Assembly: GCF_006345805.1 (NCBI RefSeq)
Contig: NC_043008.1
Coordinates: forward strand, 28,210,001 to 28,274,000
Source: Octopus sinensis
Taxonomy: Eukaryota
Reading direction: 5' to 3'
DNA: 64,000 nucleotides
This document shows, piece by piece, positions 1-13,864 of this stretch. Numbering within the stretch: the stretch's first letter is position 1; each line of letters starts with the position of its first letter. The position numbers and the translations under genes were made by a program. A model generated the notes under the pieces. That model saw only the letters and a program-made list of their open reading frames with translations, ran no database searches and was not told the origin of the DNA.

Positions 1-180
1 AGACTCTAAACGAATGGCCAACTTGAGTGCGTGTAACCATCTATTATTAATGATGGCGCCACATAATGTCGTCTGTGCTAAACCCTTAATCCTGGTACGG
101 AATGCTTAAGAAGTTCAAATAGATTTATTCATCTTCCAGAACCCGGGTCCTTGTCTATGGCATTTATATATATATGTACC

Positions 181-1450
181 TTACACGTCACAAACTTGTG
201 TAAGGCACAATACAAAATTGTGGACAGCTAAAAGTATTCCTATCTCTTTCCCTAACGAATACTCGATGTAAGATCTGCGTGAGCCGTCGTTATTACTCCA
301 CGTCCATTGTGGAACGATCGGCTCATCGGGTTTGTAACGGTCTACTAGATTATAGCACTCTAGTAGAAGAGGTGAGAACGCTTCTGGCTCACATATCTTG
401 GACTCCGTGACATTGTAAACGTCTATATCATGTGACCTGAGGTCGTCCAGGAGACAACATTGCTTCCATTTCGACTCCAGCCCACGCATATTTATGCACC
501 CTTACTTAATCGCCATGGCAGAAATAAAAGTTTACTTACATTTGAAACTTGGGGAGAGGCTGTGCCAATTCACCTACCTCCTCTTCCTTCCCTTTTGTTG
601 GTGTAGCCACTGCGCTTTTTCTTGGTGTCACCGCAGGGCTAATTATAAATTTCGTGTTGGCCATTTCTGTGGTAAAATCCCGGATGTCGTCTGGGTATCA
701 CCCTTTAAATTCCAAAAAACAGACGAACGTCCATCTTTGCATACCTGATGTTTGGGGGCGTTTGCGCTGTCCTTTTAAGCACACGCGTTTTATGATGCGC
801 CCTTATTCTCGCGTTTAATGGTGTATTCGTCTCTAGATATGCGACGGTTTTTTTCTTGTTTTGGTGAGGGGTTTGGTGAAAAGTTCCACCATGGGTTTGG
901 ATTGGGGAATTTTAATCTGTGTCTGTCGTGTTTTTTGTCACTTTGGTGTTTTGGGAGGTGAGTCCAGGACGAGTGTTTTTTGTGTTTGTTTGTTACTGTA
1001 GTGTCGTCCATTGCGTCATTCGTTTCTTTATTTTCTTCGTCTGCTTTTCCTTCTGTCGTATTCTCTGGCTTCTGTTGCTTTTCTGCACTCTCGCTTGTTC
1101 TCCTCTCCGCTTTCTTTTCAAGTTTTGGGGAGGAACCTCGTTCTCCGTTTTCTTTTTCGTACAGTTGGAGCGGACATGGCCCTACTCTCCACACTTGAAG
1201 CAATGGGACCTACGTCTCTCCACGGCTAGCTCCTTCCCTCATCGTTAGCTCCTTCCCTACAAACACTATATCTGGCAAATTCTCCAGGGTTTCGTTTCAG
1301 GTCTGTAAGAACATTTCTAACGTTTGGCCTTTCTAATTGTTACCGCTTCTTCGACGTCATAAATAACGGCTACCGCCACCCACATTACATCGTAGCCTGC
1401 CGAAATTTCGTCGATTACAACCTTCGCTGTTCTGCGGCGCAAGCACGTGG
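181..1450 (-). mobile_element. Decayed L1/Tx1-type LINE 5' part (ORF1 with CCHC knuckle plus start of APE endonuclease)
   Basis: Minus strand 1161-1202 reads CFKCGE*GHVRSNC (CX2CX4HX4C zinc knuckle). Near 181-500 it reads IK*GCINMRGL...LDDLRSHDIDV...TESK and WTWSNNDGSRRSYIEY, which are APE endonuclease motifs. Stops and an internal deletion are present. Confidence 0.8.
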
Positions 1451-2379
1451 GTATCACATTTATTTAATAATTCTTGTTAGCCGTTTCGTACTATACTTCA
1501 ACAATAGCACTTCTTGTTCCACGGCTAACGTGGCATATTAAATTTCATATTGGTGTCAAACACCTCTCTATTATCTCATTTTTTGCGTCTTTAATTTTCT
1601 TCTCCTTTTAAGATGTATATTTTGTACACTACAGCACGTGCGTTTATCGCCTGTAGTGTTTCAGGGGGAGGCAAAAGTTTTATATTGCCATTACTTTTTT
1701 TAAGCTACACTGCGTAACTTGAACAACTGTCTCATTTTAATTTCTAGCTCTGTGACGTTGCCACTCACTGTATCTGACAAACTGTTTTCCTTCTCCTTTT
1801 GCGACTCATTTAGACTTGAATTTTCATTTCCTTTTCCCATCTTGGGAAAGTCTTTTTTTGGATTGAATATTGTATTCCATTACAACTTTTTACAACTTAG
1901 ATAAAAATGACAAAATTTTTGATAATACACAATCCGTCAACGAGTAAAAAATAATAAATATTTCACAAAATATTTTACACAGTTCCTCGGTATAATTTAC
2001 TGTCCTCTATGGCGAAAATTAATGTCCTACAACGGACACCAGTTCAAATTTACGTTAAACACAAATCAACAAAATAATATCAAACAAGTAACAAGCCAAA
2101 TGCGAATTCACATAACAGGGTAGCAGAAATTCCAAACTAAAAAAAAATAATAATAGATGAACGACGCAAAATAGCCGGGTTGTGATATGAAGTGGATCCC
2201 AATGCAAATATATAATATATAATTTTTTCCAATGCCGAAAAGTCACTGATCTTGAAAAATTGAAACAAACAATATACAAAACGTTGTCGTGCAGCTACTG
2301 TTTATACCTCGGTCAGAAATTTATTATTGCTTATATATATGTATTTATAAATGTATATGTATATACATATATGTATATA

Positions 2380-3621
2380 TCAGGTCATCCCATAAGTTCT
2401 GTCCGAATTTTGAATAAAGAAAACAAGTAATCTACTGTTATATTTAATAGGAATTTAATCATCAATGTACTTTCCCTGATTATCTATGACTTCCTTCCAT
2501 CTATTTACAAGCTTTGTAATCCCATCAATGTAAAGCTCTTTTGGTTTCAAAGTGAAGAACTCTGAAATATCAGTTTCAACCTCCTCTTGGATTGCGAAAT
2601 TTATGTCACCCAATTGATTCTGGAAACTACGAAATAAATGTTAGTCTGAAGGAGCAAGGTCGGGGGAATGGATGAGGATTTTAATTTTATTCCAAGCAAG
2701 CTCTCTGATCTTTTGTGATGTGATCTTTGTAGTGTGGGGTCGTGCATTGACGTGATGAAACATCAATCCTTTTCGATTCACTAAAGCGGGTCATTTTGCT
2801 TCAAAGCTTGGTCCAAACGCTCTAATTGTTGACAGTAGACTTGAGCATTGATAGTTGCTTTAGGTGGTAGCAATTCAAAGGGAATTACGCATTTGAAATC
2901 CCAACAGAATAGTGTAGAAACTTTTTCCCATGAAATTCCCTTCTCGGCTTTTACCAATTCCCCTTTTACCAAGCTACTGTTTACGACGTTTAGCATTTCG
3001 ATATAAAATCCATTTTTCTTCATCAGTCAAAATTCTGTCTAGCGAGAATGGAGAGAAGAGCAAATGTCAACTCTGGATTTGCCGTTGATTTTGGACGATT
3101 CACGAGGTACCCATTTTTTCAAGTTTAGGAACCTTTCCAAGTTGTTAAAGATGACGATGAACAGTTGTATGGTTTGAACTAATCTTTATTGCCAATTCTG
3201 CAACTGATAATACAGGATTTTCTTCAAGTAATGCCTCAAGGACTTTATCATCAAACTCAACTGGATGTCCTGTTCAATCTTCATCTTTAAGGCTTAAACT
3301 TCCAGTTCTGAATTTTGCAAACCATCTTCTGCAAGTTCTTTCATTCAAGCATTCAAATGAGTGTATGTTTCGAGTCGCTTCCTTTTTTGTATTCATAAAG
3401 CATTATGTGCCTCAAATGATCTTTGGATACTTCTGTGTTAGAAACTGTTATAACCGAAGCACTTTTAATTCTATTATTCTGTAAAATGATATTTAACTAG
3501 TTTAAACGTACACAAATGCATAAAAAATAACTTTTAATTCCATTAGACATCCTAAAATACTATTAAATGTCATTCAATGCTAAAAATGCTAAAATAAGAT
3601 AGAACTTATGGGATGACCTGT
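2380..3621 (-). mobile_element. Full-length degenerate mariner transposon
   Basis: TIRs caggtcatcccataagttct at 2381-2400 and its reverse complement at 3601-3620, with flanking TA. Minus-strand transposase remnants DLRHIMLYEYKKG, ERTCRRWFAKFRTG, CWDFKCVIPFELLPPKATINAQVYCQQL, NARPH, HSPDLAPSD. Several stops. Confidence 0.93.
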
Positions 3622-3633
3622 TACGTATGTATG

Positions 3634-3674
<41 letters not shown>

Positions 3675-3784
3675 GCAACAGAAAAGAGGAATTTCGATTA
3701 TCCCCACATGGTGAGTTGTAATGTATATAAGAAGCTAAAAAAGGAAAATACGCACACTTACATAGTTTTAATATAACTTTTGAT

Positions 3785-3819
3785 ATACCGACCGGTATCG
3801 CTATCGCTATTCATGATAT
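3785..3819 (-). ncRNA. Minimal type-I hammerhead motif, family D (A3-U8 core; this copy has A14U)
   Basis: Minus strand ATATC-ATGAATA-GC GATA GC-GATA-CCGG-TC-GGTAT. Confidence 0.65.
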
Positions 3820-5279
3820 TATGTTTTACTTATTTGAATATGTATTTTTTCTTAAGAAGACATTTTGTCCATGATGTGTGAGATGTGATGAAATTCACGA
3901 GTGAATGACTTCACAAGTAGATAAAAAAGAGAAAATTGGAAGAGACACCTAGATGACTGCTTTATCATTTGGAAGGAGAGCATCGACATACTTTTGGAAT
4001 TCAAATCAACATTGAATGATATAAATAGTAACATTCAATTCACAATGGAATATAACGAAGAACAACTCCCTTTTTTAGACATCATGATAAAAAAGTTAGC
4101 AATGAAATCATAACTGCCATTTATTATAAACCAACTGATTCAAAACAATATCTTCTCTTTAATTCATGCCACCCGAAACACATCAAAATAAACATCCCTT
4201 TCAATTTGGCAAAAAGGGTTTGCACAAGAGTGTCTGATAGAACAACTCAGGGCCTTCGTCTTCAAGACCTTATTGAAAGACAATATCCACCCACACTTAT
4301 CGACGAGGGAATTAAAAGTGCCAAACAGTTAGACACAAAAACACTAAGAACAAGAAAACATAACACCACACCTCAACTCAAAACATTACCATTTATATCA
4401 ACACACAACTCCAGAAACAGTGAGGCATTCAACACTATTGTGCAAACTCTTCCGTTACTAACTAGAGATCCAAAAGTGAACGACATCCTGAAAACACAAA
4501 ACTCATGAAATGCCAAAAAACAAGACAAATCGCTAAATAGACTACTAACAAATGGGAAGCTTTGTAAAACAACCACGAAGCCAACGGTTGAAAAATGTGG
4601 AGGCCCAAACTGATGAACCTGTCCAACCTGCTTGATGGCTCGGTTTTCCTTTTCAAACAAGGACAGGGGTTCACAATTAAAACTAGTTTCACTTGTGCTT
4701 CTGAGCACCTAATTTATGTAATAACCTGCTCGGGATGCGGACATCACTATATTAGACAAACGAATATAACCTTGAGAAAGAAAAACACACTACACAAAGA
4801 GCAAATCCGTTTCCCGCAATACGGACAAATTCCTCTCAGTGAACACATAGAAAAATGTGCAGGTAACGTTAAACCGAATTTCACAGTCTTCCCCTCCTAC
4901 CAGTGCACAAACACAATCTCCAAACTAGAATGTTTAAATAAAGAAATGTTTTCATTAAGAAATACAGAACACGTCTTAATATGCACGCATAACCAACTTT
5001 TATATTTTTACATATTTCAATTCACGATTACATCACTGTACATAAATCCCCTCACTAAACAAGATTTTCGAAACTTGTCTTTGTACATTTATATTCCCCT
5101 CCCATTACCGAAAGCTGAACAGTTATCTCCCTTACCCACAACAATAACAAAAATAACGATAACCAATTACCTCCCTTTACTTATTTACTTCTGAAGTCAT
5201 TCAGTCGTGAATTTCATCACATCACACACAACATGGACAAAATTTCTTCTTAAGAAAAAATACATATATATAAAACATA

Positions 5280-5314
5280 ATATCATGAACAACGATAGCG
5301 AAACCGGTCGATAT
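5280..5314 (+). ncRNA. Minimal hammerhead motif, family D (decayed copy)
   Basis: ATATC-ATGAACA-AC GATA GC-GAAA-CCGG-TC-GATAT. Confidence 0.65.
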
Positions 5315-5383
5315 ATCAAAACTATATTAAAACAATGTAAGTGTGCGTATATATATATATATATATATAATATATATATATAT

Positions 5384-5433
<50 letters not shown>

Positions 5434-5480
5434 TGTGTGTGTGTATGTGTGTATGTATGTATGCATATATATATATATGC

Positions 5481-5526
<46 letters not shown>

Positions 5527-5537
5527 AATATATATAC

Positions 5538-6340
5538 ATGCTTGCCATGTTTGTACTTGGTAGCATCTGGACTTCCTTCTATCTTCATCGAGAGAAGTAT
5601 GGCTATCGAAATTCTTGCACCGGAAAATGTAATCCATGTCATACTTTTTCAGAATGAATGCCATATATAATCCCTGCAGCTTACAAGTGTATCTTAATGC
5701 TCCCCTTATCTTAAATACTTGCACAACTCTGCCAGATCTTAGTTACTAAAGAACTTCCTTTCATGAGCTTCTTGCCTTGTTCGATCTTTCTGTTTGGTGT
5801 GATTTTTCTGGGGGTTTGAACATCAGCATTAGCTAAGATATACTAACGATATAGGCTCAACATTAAAAATTCGCCTCAAATGTTTTCTACTACCTACTAT
5901 TTTTTCCCAGCACTCGACTTTCTCCGTCTGCAAATTTTAATATCCTTGGTATATCTGTAATTCTTGACTTCGCCCATCTGTGTGATTATAATCTCCGAGG
6001 ATTTGGTGAAGGATTGTCCCACGCTTAACCTAATATCTTACTCACAAAATGTATTCCATAGTTCGAATACTGGTAGTGTATAGGAGCAGGGACAACAAAC
6101 TCTTGGGTATAATAGACTGCCTGTATATCCTAGTTTTAAAATGACCGTGCGCACTACATTTGTCAAAATCTCTATGCTAATTCAAAAGGCCATTGTTGGC
6201 TTCGTCAATGCAAATTCTATCATCACGCTGTTTTAAAAGAGTTCGTTCAAACAAGCACCTTACTACTAGATTTGTCTATGAACTATCTGATAAATGGAAG
6301 TGTATGTTTGCAAATACATTACCAATATTAAAAAGTGACT
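5538..6340 (-). mobile_element. CR1-like LINE 3' fragment, heavily decayed
   Basis: Minus-strand translation only loosely resembles the CR1 post-RT region. Lies between a (TA)n run and a mariner fragment. Boundaries approximate. Confidence 0.5.
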
Positions 6341-6499
6341 ATAATTTCTTAACAGTTTGAAAGTCAATCTACGACCAGGTATGAGGTTTATAGTTCATGT
6401 ACGATCGACCTGTCTCCAGCAACGCAACATGTACTTGCAGTCAAGTTATATTCTTCTTTGGTGACAGTCGCATGCCGGGTTTGCATGAGAATCGTCCGA

Positions 6500-6935
6500 G
6501 GCTCATCAACAATATTTTGCGGCGTTTACGGGAGGACATTCGTTGAAACTGAAAGATCCTTTGGGGGACAGAACCTGGATTCTTCACGGTGCATTGTCGT
6601 CACAGAGCACTTCAGACTCGTGAGTTTCTAGCCAAAAATAACACGGTATCGCTTCCAAACCTACCCTATTCGTTACAGTTAGCACCGGCAGACTTCCATT
6701 TTCCCCCAAGGTATAAAAGGTAGCTCAAAGGTCACCTTTTTAACACCGTTGTCATGATCTGGTGCGAATCTCAGAAGCCCCTAGACCCATTTACGGAAAA
6801 CGACTTCCAGGTCCGATTCCAAAAGTGGTAGTAACGCAAGGAGCGGTGTTTGGCTGATCAATGTGACTATTTCGAAGTGGATGATGTTAAAACTTAGGTA
6901 AATAAGCATTTTCTCTTAAAGATATCTAATTCGGG
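6500..6935 (+). mobile_element. Mariner transposase C-terminal fragment
   Basis: NILRRLREDIR...HRALQTREFLAKNNTVSLPNLPYSLQLAPADFHF...LKGHLFNTV...TENDFQVRFQKW...CLADQCDYFEVD. Confidence 0.82.
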
Positions 6936-6939
6936 AACA

Positions 6940-7480
6940 AGACTACAACATCATTCATCAAAACATACTCTTTCTTCTGAAGGACCTGCGAGTGAAAGAA
7001 GCACTGGAAACATAGAATTTATAAAAGTAAAAGACATCCACAATCCCTAAAATATTTACTCACCAGCGCGAAACTACTCACCAAAAGTACAACTACACTC
7101 GTCAATAATGTAACTGCCCTAACTGCAGGAAATGCATCTACCTTTTGGAGATCTCAAAATCTAAATTTATATCAGGTCGAAATTTAACCATAAAAACTAC
7201 TTAATCAATGTCCTCAAATGTGGTGGGTGTGATGGAGAGTACATTGATCAAAGTATTTTGACCTTGAGGAACAGACTGACGGTGCACAGGCAACAGATCC
7301 GGGACCCCACGACCAGGAAAATTTCCTAGATTAATGCCCCGCAGACATAAACCCGGAACACTAATACTTCCCTGTCTATCAATGCACCGGAAATACTTTA
7401 ACGTAATTCCGATTGGATAAGGAAAGTATACTCGTTACAAGTATAAACTGCAACTAAATGTCTTATAATAAAAAAAATTG
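6940..7480 (+). mobile_element. PLE GIY-YIG fragment (second family); putative 3' UTR may extend to about 8350
   Basis: CNCPNCRKCIYLLE...NYLINVLKCGGCDGEYIDQSILTLRNRLTVHRQQIRDP. Confidence 0.78.
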
Positions 7481-8917
7481 AAAGCAGGAAATAAATTCCA
7501 CGAAAAAAAAAAACAGACGTTATTCGAAACCTTTAGCAAGAAGCTCCTCGAGGCTTTCGAAACCTCAACTCCAAATTATTTTACAATAACACAATGCACC
7601 TTCTCAAACACCAGGAGCTGACGCCACCTCACACTAGACCAATGAAATTTTACCTCTGATCAGAAGGAACCTTCAGGAAAATTAGACTCCTTAATGGAAC
7701 GACCTAACCGGAACGGTTGATGATCATTAGGAGAAAACTAATGTCGGAGTCCCTACGGGGAAGCCAACAGAGCTGAACGCTAAATTTGATCAAAAGAAAA
7801 AAAAAAGTTTTATTTTATTAAAATAAAGTAACGTTACGAAATGTACAACCAATCAAAACTTGTTCCTATGTACATGAAACCAACCAACCAAACAATCGAA
7901 ACACTAATGCAAACACAATATATATGTTTTGACCAAAAGCTTCCACCAGAAATAATGACCAATCAAAAATTAGATCATTTCGCGCAAAGACATATATACA
8001 ACCCACAAAATCTGCTGATTCCGATAACACACCATTAAAAGCAGACACCAGTACGCGAAGAAAAAATATAACGCCACTTCAGAAATTCACTCTCTTCCCT
8101 TTCTTTCTTTCTCTTGTCCACGTATTCTATAAAAACTCAATACGACCGAACTTTCAATAGTGTTATCTTTACCAGTGAAACTCATTTAACTTTTTTCTGG
8201 ACATTTGATAATTTAATCGTTTAAACATGGCTGTCCGATTTCTACTTGGTACTTTTCAACTCTAGTAAAATCACCTTTTTTTATATATACTTGTAACTTC
8301 GAGGAACAAAAACGTTGAAATTAGCTTGCTATATATATGAATAAATCTATTTAGAAACAACCACACATTTTTCAGATTTGGTGAGGTCGGAAAGCATTGA
8401 GGAAAGCTAGCATCGTTGATGTAACATCTCTGACTTTGATGTCGGAAGGCATTGTTCGCTCAGTGGAAAGCTAGCGGGTAGCAGGCATGGTAATTTAGGA
8501 AGATCGTTGTTATAAGATTTCTGACTTTGAGGTCACAAGACATAAACTGTCGCCATACTCGACGTTAGAGCACACGCGTGCCTATTGGCAGTTCATATTT
8601 TACGTAAGTAAGAAACTATATATAGACTCACACATCCTAAATCAACTTTGTACAATCACAGGAGAAACACCAGTAGGCACACTCGTATTACTCATATCAA
8701 TATCTATCAATATAGAAATAAACAATCACAATAGTAACGAATGAAAATTTGACGCTAAATTAGTTTTTTGCATTATCTTATACACACATAAGCACACACA
8801 GACAGAGTGACAGGCACACACACATACACACGCAGCCATGTATATAAGTATACTTTCTATATGTATGCGAGTTATATAATTTCTTCATGAATGTATCTAT
8901 CTATTATTCTCTCTCTC

Positions 8918-8954
<37 letters not shown>

Positions 8955-9207
8955 ACGCACACACACGCATACTCTCATAACACAATCACACACAAAATCG
9001 CACACTACACACACATGTATATAGTCCAGCGATGGTCACTTCTTCAGCAGGTACGCATCTCTTCATGTGAACTATCTCCAGAACTCTCTATAAGACATGA
9101 GAAGCCTCTGTTATTCTGAAGTAGATTACTAGATCTTTGGCTAGCATGATGAGACTTAGGATGGCTGCTTCAGCGTTTTGCCATTGCCTATATGTTTACT
9201 TAAATAA

Positions 9208-9253
<46 letters not shown>

Positions 9254-9254
9254 C

Positions 9255-9323
<69 letters not shown>

Positions 9324-9895
9324 ACTTAGATAGGCAGAAACATATACACATGCACAGATATATACATTTATACGTATATACATATACGCACATATATATA
9401 TATATAAGTACATACATTCATACGTTCATATACACAGGCAGACACTTAATACATCCACATACGTATATGGACAAACAGATAATGTTAACCGAGTATTTTG
9501 AAACCAATAACGGATTTATTTTGTTCTAATATTCATATATTATTATAGCCTGTTTTTTTTTATGACAGTGAAGCTAATATTCGGTTTCATAAACTATTAA
9601 GCCCCTCATCTTTACATACGTAAATGAAGATTTTTAAAATGTGTGTGATACGAACGAACATTACCTGTAAACACAAGTAAACATACTAGACGAGAATGCA
9701 ACTGTTTATGAAAGAGTGACACCGAAGATAATTTCTCGATAATTTCAATCTTATTTTACAATCACTATCAACAAACCATCCTAAAACACATCTTTTCCAG
9801 AAGGATTTACATTACTGCACACATACATTCGCACGCGCGCATATATATATGTGTGTGTGTGTGTGCGTGTGAGGGTGTATATATATGTATGTATA

Positions 9896-12800
9896 TCATC
9901 ATCATCATCATCATTATCATTGTTTAAACTCCGCTTTCCACGCTGGCATTGGTTGGACGGTTCGACAGAAGACTGGAAAGCCAACAGTCATTACCAGGCT
10001 CCAATCTGCTCTGGCAAGTTACAAGAGCGGGATGCCCCACCCTAACGCCAACCACTCCGCGAGTGTTGTGTTTGCTTTCTACGTGTCATCGATACTGGAG
10101 CCAGTCAAGCGGCACTGACATCGACCACCCACGAATGGTGCTTTTTACGTGCCACCGGAACTGGAGCCAGACAAGCATAACTGACTTCGGCCACGACTTC
10201 GATTTCACTTGACTCAACAGGTCTTTTCAAGCACGGCATCTTGCATGACGATTGGGGTATACTTTTAATTGTACCTATTATGCGACACTGGCATCGGCTC
10301 CGGCTACGATCTCACTTGAGTGGCCAGGTCTTAATAACAGCATGTATCCAAAGGTCTCGGTAGCATCTTATTGCCTATGTAAGCCCCAACGTTCGAAGGT
10401 CGTGCTTCAGTATCTCATTCAATGTTTTCGTACGTCTGCCTCGTTCACAGGTTTCTTCCATTGTTAGGGTGTGGCACTTCTCCACACAGCTGTCCTCATC
10501 CCTACAAAAAACGTATCCATGCCAGCACAATCATATTTCTTGCACACCACATCTGATGCTTCTTATGTCCAACTTTTATCTCAAGGCGCCTACAGTCTGT
10601 CGAGTATGCACACTGACACTACACATCCAGCGGATCATATTAGCTTCCTTTCTTTCAAGACTACACATGTCTTCAGCAGTCAAAGCCCGTGTTTCACTGC
10701 TGTGTAGCATGCCTGTTCGCGCTCATGCATCATACAGTCTACTTTTCACTTTGAACGAGAAGCCTGTTGTTACTAGCAGAGGTAGGAGCTCTCGGGACTT
10801 TCCCCAGTCTATTCTTATTCTAGCAAAGTCCCGAGGGCTCCTACGTCTGCTAGTAACAACGGGCTTCTCGTTCAAAGGGAAAGGTAGACTGTATGATGCA
10901 TGGAGAACGATGATGAATACTAGGGGACTGATGACTGTTCAATGGTGAACTCCTACTTTTACCTGGAATTCTTCGCCGTACTGTTTGCCAACCCTCGTCT
11001 TACTGGCATCATGCCTGCACATGGCTTGTACAGCTCCCAACAATCACTCATCTATCCATTGTTTCCGCATTGACCACCATATAAGGGATCAGAGGACCCT
11101 GTCAAAAGTTTTCTCCGTGTCAACGAAAGCCAAGTACAGAGGTTTATATTTTGTTAGGAATTACTGCTGCACCAGATGTACCAGAAATGTAACATCAGTG
11201 GTGCTTCTCCCTCGTACAAACCCAAACTGCATCTCGTCTAAATTAACTCTCTCCCTAATGAGTTGAGCTATGACTCTCTCCGTGACTTTCATCACCTATT
11301 CAACAATTTGATACCTCTGTAATTATTGCCATCTAATGCATCACCTTAACCTTTGTAGCACTTGACTATGGAGTTGTTACACGTGCCATTGGGTATGACT
11401 CCTTCATGTATCACACGGTTGACTATAAGGGTGAATAAACTATAGCCTACACCGTCAAATATTTTAAGCATCTCAGCAATGGTTCCTGATGGGCCGGGGG
11501 CTTTCCCTGTTTTCATATCTTTAACTGTTTTATCTATCCAAGATACCGTCAATTCGAGTACCTGGTCCCTTTGTTGGGTCGACATTTGGCAGACTTTCTT
11601 TCACCCATTCATTCTCTTCATTTACGATCCTTTCATGGTGGCGTCTCCAAGTATCTCTCTTTGCAGCATCATTAACTGTAAGTGAGCCATCCATGCTGAG
11701 ACATATATTTTCTATGAGATCACGACATTCTCTCACACATTGTTTTGCATAAACTGAACACTTCAAGTCTCTGGTTCTCACGACGCAGAACATGGGCATT
11801 TTTTTTTTGTTATTTGCTTCCCCTTTGGTTACGTAAACCTGTCTCCTATTTTCCCTCCTGGCAATCTGATACACTTCCCTGTTACCACCATACTTCCACT
11901 CCTTCCATGATTGTTTCTTTTTCCAAATAGCCCTGTCAGCTACATTGTTCCACTACCACGTTACTTTAGGTCGAGAGGGGACTTCGTTCTAGCCACATAT
12001 CTGGTCAGTAGCCCTCAACAAGTTGTTGTGTAGGAACCTCCAGTTGGCTTCCACGTTATGTGACGCTATGTCCACTTTTTCCTCAAAAGATTCAATACGT
12101 CTTTAAATATCTGTCCCTTCAGAGGATCCTTAAGTTTCCAGTCCCTTCTTTTCCATGCTGGTTGTCTTCTGGGCAGCCATTTTGCTTTGAATCTGTAGTC
12201 GGTAACTAGTAATCTATGTTGTGGGGTGCAATAATTACCTTGGAAAATATTGGCATTTATAAGAAGCCTACTTCCCCGTTTCCTGGCGTGAATGTTGTCA
12301 ATCTGACTAGTGTGTTCACCATGCTGATAGGTGAACAGGCGGCTGGCAGGTTTCCTGAAGTTAGTATTACAGATCATAAGATTATTTGCCTCAGAGACCT
12401 CTAGCAGCGTGATTCCCTCCCCATTCCGGGAACCAAATCCGTTGCCACCACGTACAATATGGAAGCTCCCTGGATATTTTCTAACATGACCATTGAAGTC
12501 GCTATCCACAAAGAGAATGTCCCTGTTTTTTTCTCGACAAGGTGTGTGTAAGAGGGTGTCATATAATCAGTCTGTCTGTTCATCAGGTAGCACTGGCTGA
12601 GGCGAATAGGCCGAGATACGTGTTGCTGATCCATGTTACACCACTAGTCTATGCTTAAGTATTCTATCACAGACTCTGACCACATCGATTACGGTTATCT
12701 TATCAACACATTTCTCCGCAAGGAGTATAACCACGCCCCAACACCATCAGTGTTCCCTACCCAGAAAATCTTATACCTTTGTTCTTTGCCTGTGAGGAAC

Positions 12801-13320
12801 ATAGCAGAACTTACTCTCCACCTTACTTCTTGGATATAGCACAAATTTATACGTCTCCGTTCAAGCATCTCAACAATCTCATCAGACCTACCTTTCAATG
12901 TGCCAACTCTGACAGTGTGGAAGGTTTAGGCCGGCAAGACACAGGGAAGGAGTACAGCAGCATTTTGCATCCGAATAGAAAGCTCGCATTTGGCAGATCT
13001 CGTAAACATACAAATAGCATTCAACCAGCATACACTGCACCATCATTTTATTCGCTACATAATAACAACCTCCAGCAGAGATAGACACAAAGTAAGAATG
13101 GAGTGGGAAGAGTTTGAGGGAAAGCATTCCGTATAATAAGCCATTACAGGTGTTCAAGGGAAAACATCCGCTTGACGTTAGAGGATACAGACTTCCGGTA
13201 TAGGTGGTGAGGTGGGACGAGGATGTGCACACCACGAACGGCAAAGCACTGTATCAGCCCTATTTTCTAGCAGAAGCCGATGACGCACAGCCACAGAGAA
13301 AACCGGCTACTAAATAACAA
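9896..13320 (-). mobile_element. Near full-length decayed RTE LINE with (TGA)n tail and internal fold-back rearrangement
   Basis: Endonuclease motifs VGTLKGRSDEIVEMLERRRINLCYIQEVRWR, DFNGHV, NGEGITLL, SQID. RT motifs KAPGPSGTIAEMLK, KVGVHH*TVISPLVFIIVL. C-terminal ARIRIDWGKSRELLPLL. (CAT)n at 9896-9920 is the tail. 5' boundary approximate. Confidence 0.9.
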
Positions 13321-13492
13321 TTTATAGGAAAATTAAGTGGTTAACGAAACAGAGAGGTTGAGCGCCGAAATTTTCCAGAATTAGATAGATAGATAGATAG
13401 ATAGATGGATAGATAGATAGATAGATAGATAGATGATAGATAGATAAACAGAGAGACAGACAGACAATCACACAAAGATATATATATATAAT

Positions 13493-13574
<82 letters not shown>

Positions 13575-13576
<2 letters not shown>

Positions 13577-13817
13577 ATAATAAATATTAGGGAATAAATC
13601 CAAATTTACAGGAAAAAATCAGATTTAGGATTAAATCGATTTTATAGTAAAATATTATAAAATATTATTCGAGACAAAACCACTATTTTGCAAAACAAAC
13701 AAGGAAAGACTTAATTAATACATAAAATTTAAATAAATAGTAAAAAAAACCGCCACTACAATCGTTTCTTGTCTTGATCGACAATCTTCAGGTGGACTTC
13801 CAATAATTCAGTGTCAA
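13575..13817 (-). repeat. PLE-type terminal repeat family A, inverted relative to the copies in the array
   Basis: 13655-13817 is the reverse complement of 14848-15008 and 16269-16430. Extends further to an AT-rich 3' end abutting (TA)n. Confidence 0.85.
13753..13795 (-). ncRNA. Type-I hammerhead motif, family A
   Basis: Minus strand CCAC-CTGAAGA-TTGTC GATCAA GACAA-GAAA-C GATT G-TA-GTGG. Confidence 0.8.
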
Positions 13818-13864
13818 TAATTATCTATCTATCTATCTAACTATCTAACTATAATAGATAATTC

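Larger units (their letters stand above)
3725..5347 (+). mobile_element. 5'-truncated Penelope-like element (RT C-terminus plus GIY-YIG) with inverted 5' pseudo-LTR
   Basis: WKRHLDDCFIIW, LPFLDI, YYKPTDSKQYLLFNSCHPKHIKINIPFNLAKR, and CASEHLIYVITCSGCGHHYIRQT (ORF 4595-5194). 3725-3913 is the reverse complement of the element's own 3' end (about 5190-5345). Ends in (TA)n. Confidence 0.92.

Noticed and set aside
8380-8535. Degenerate ~50-bp local repeats (ggaaagctagc, tctgactttga)
   Set aside because: Short and decayed, with no further structure
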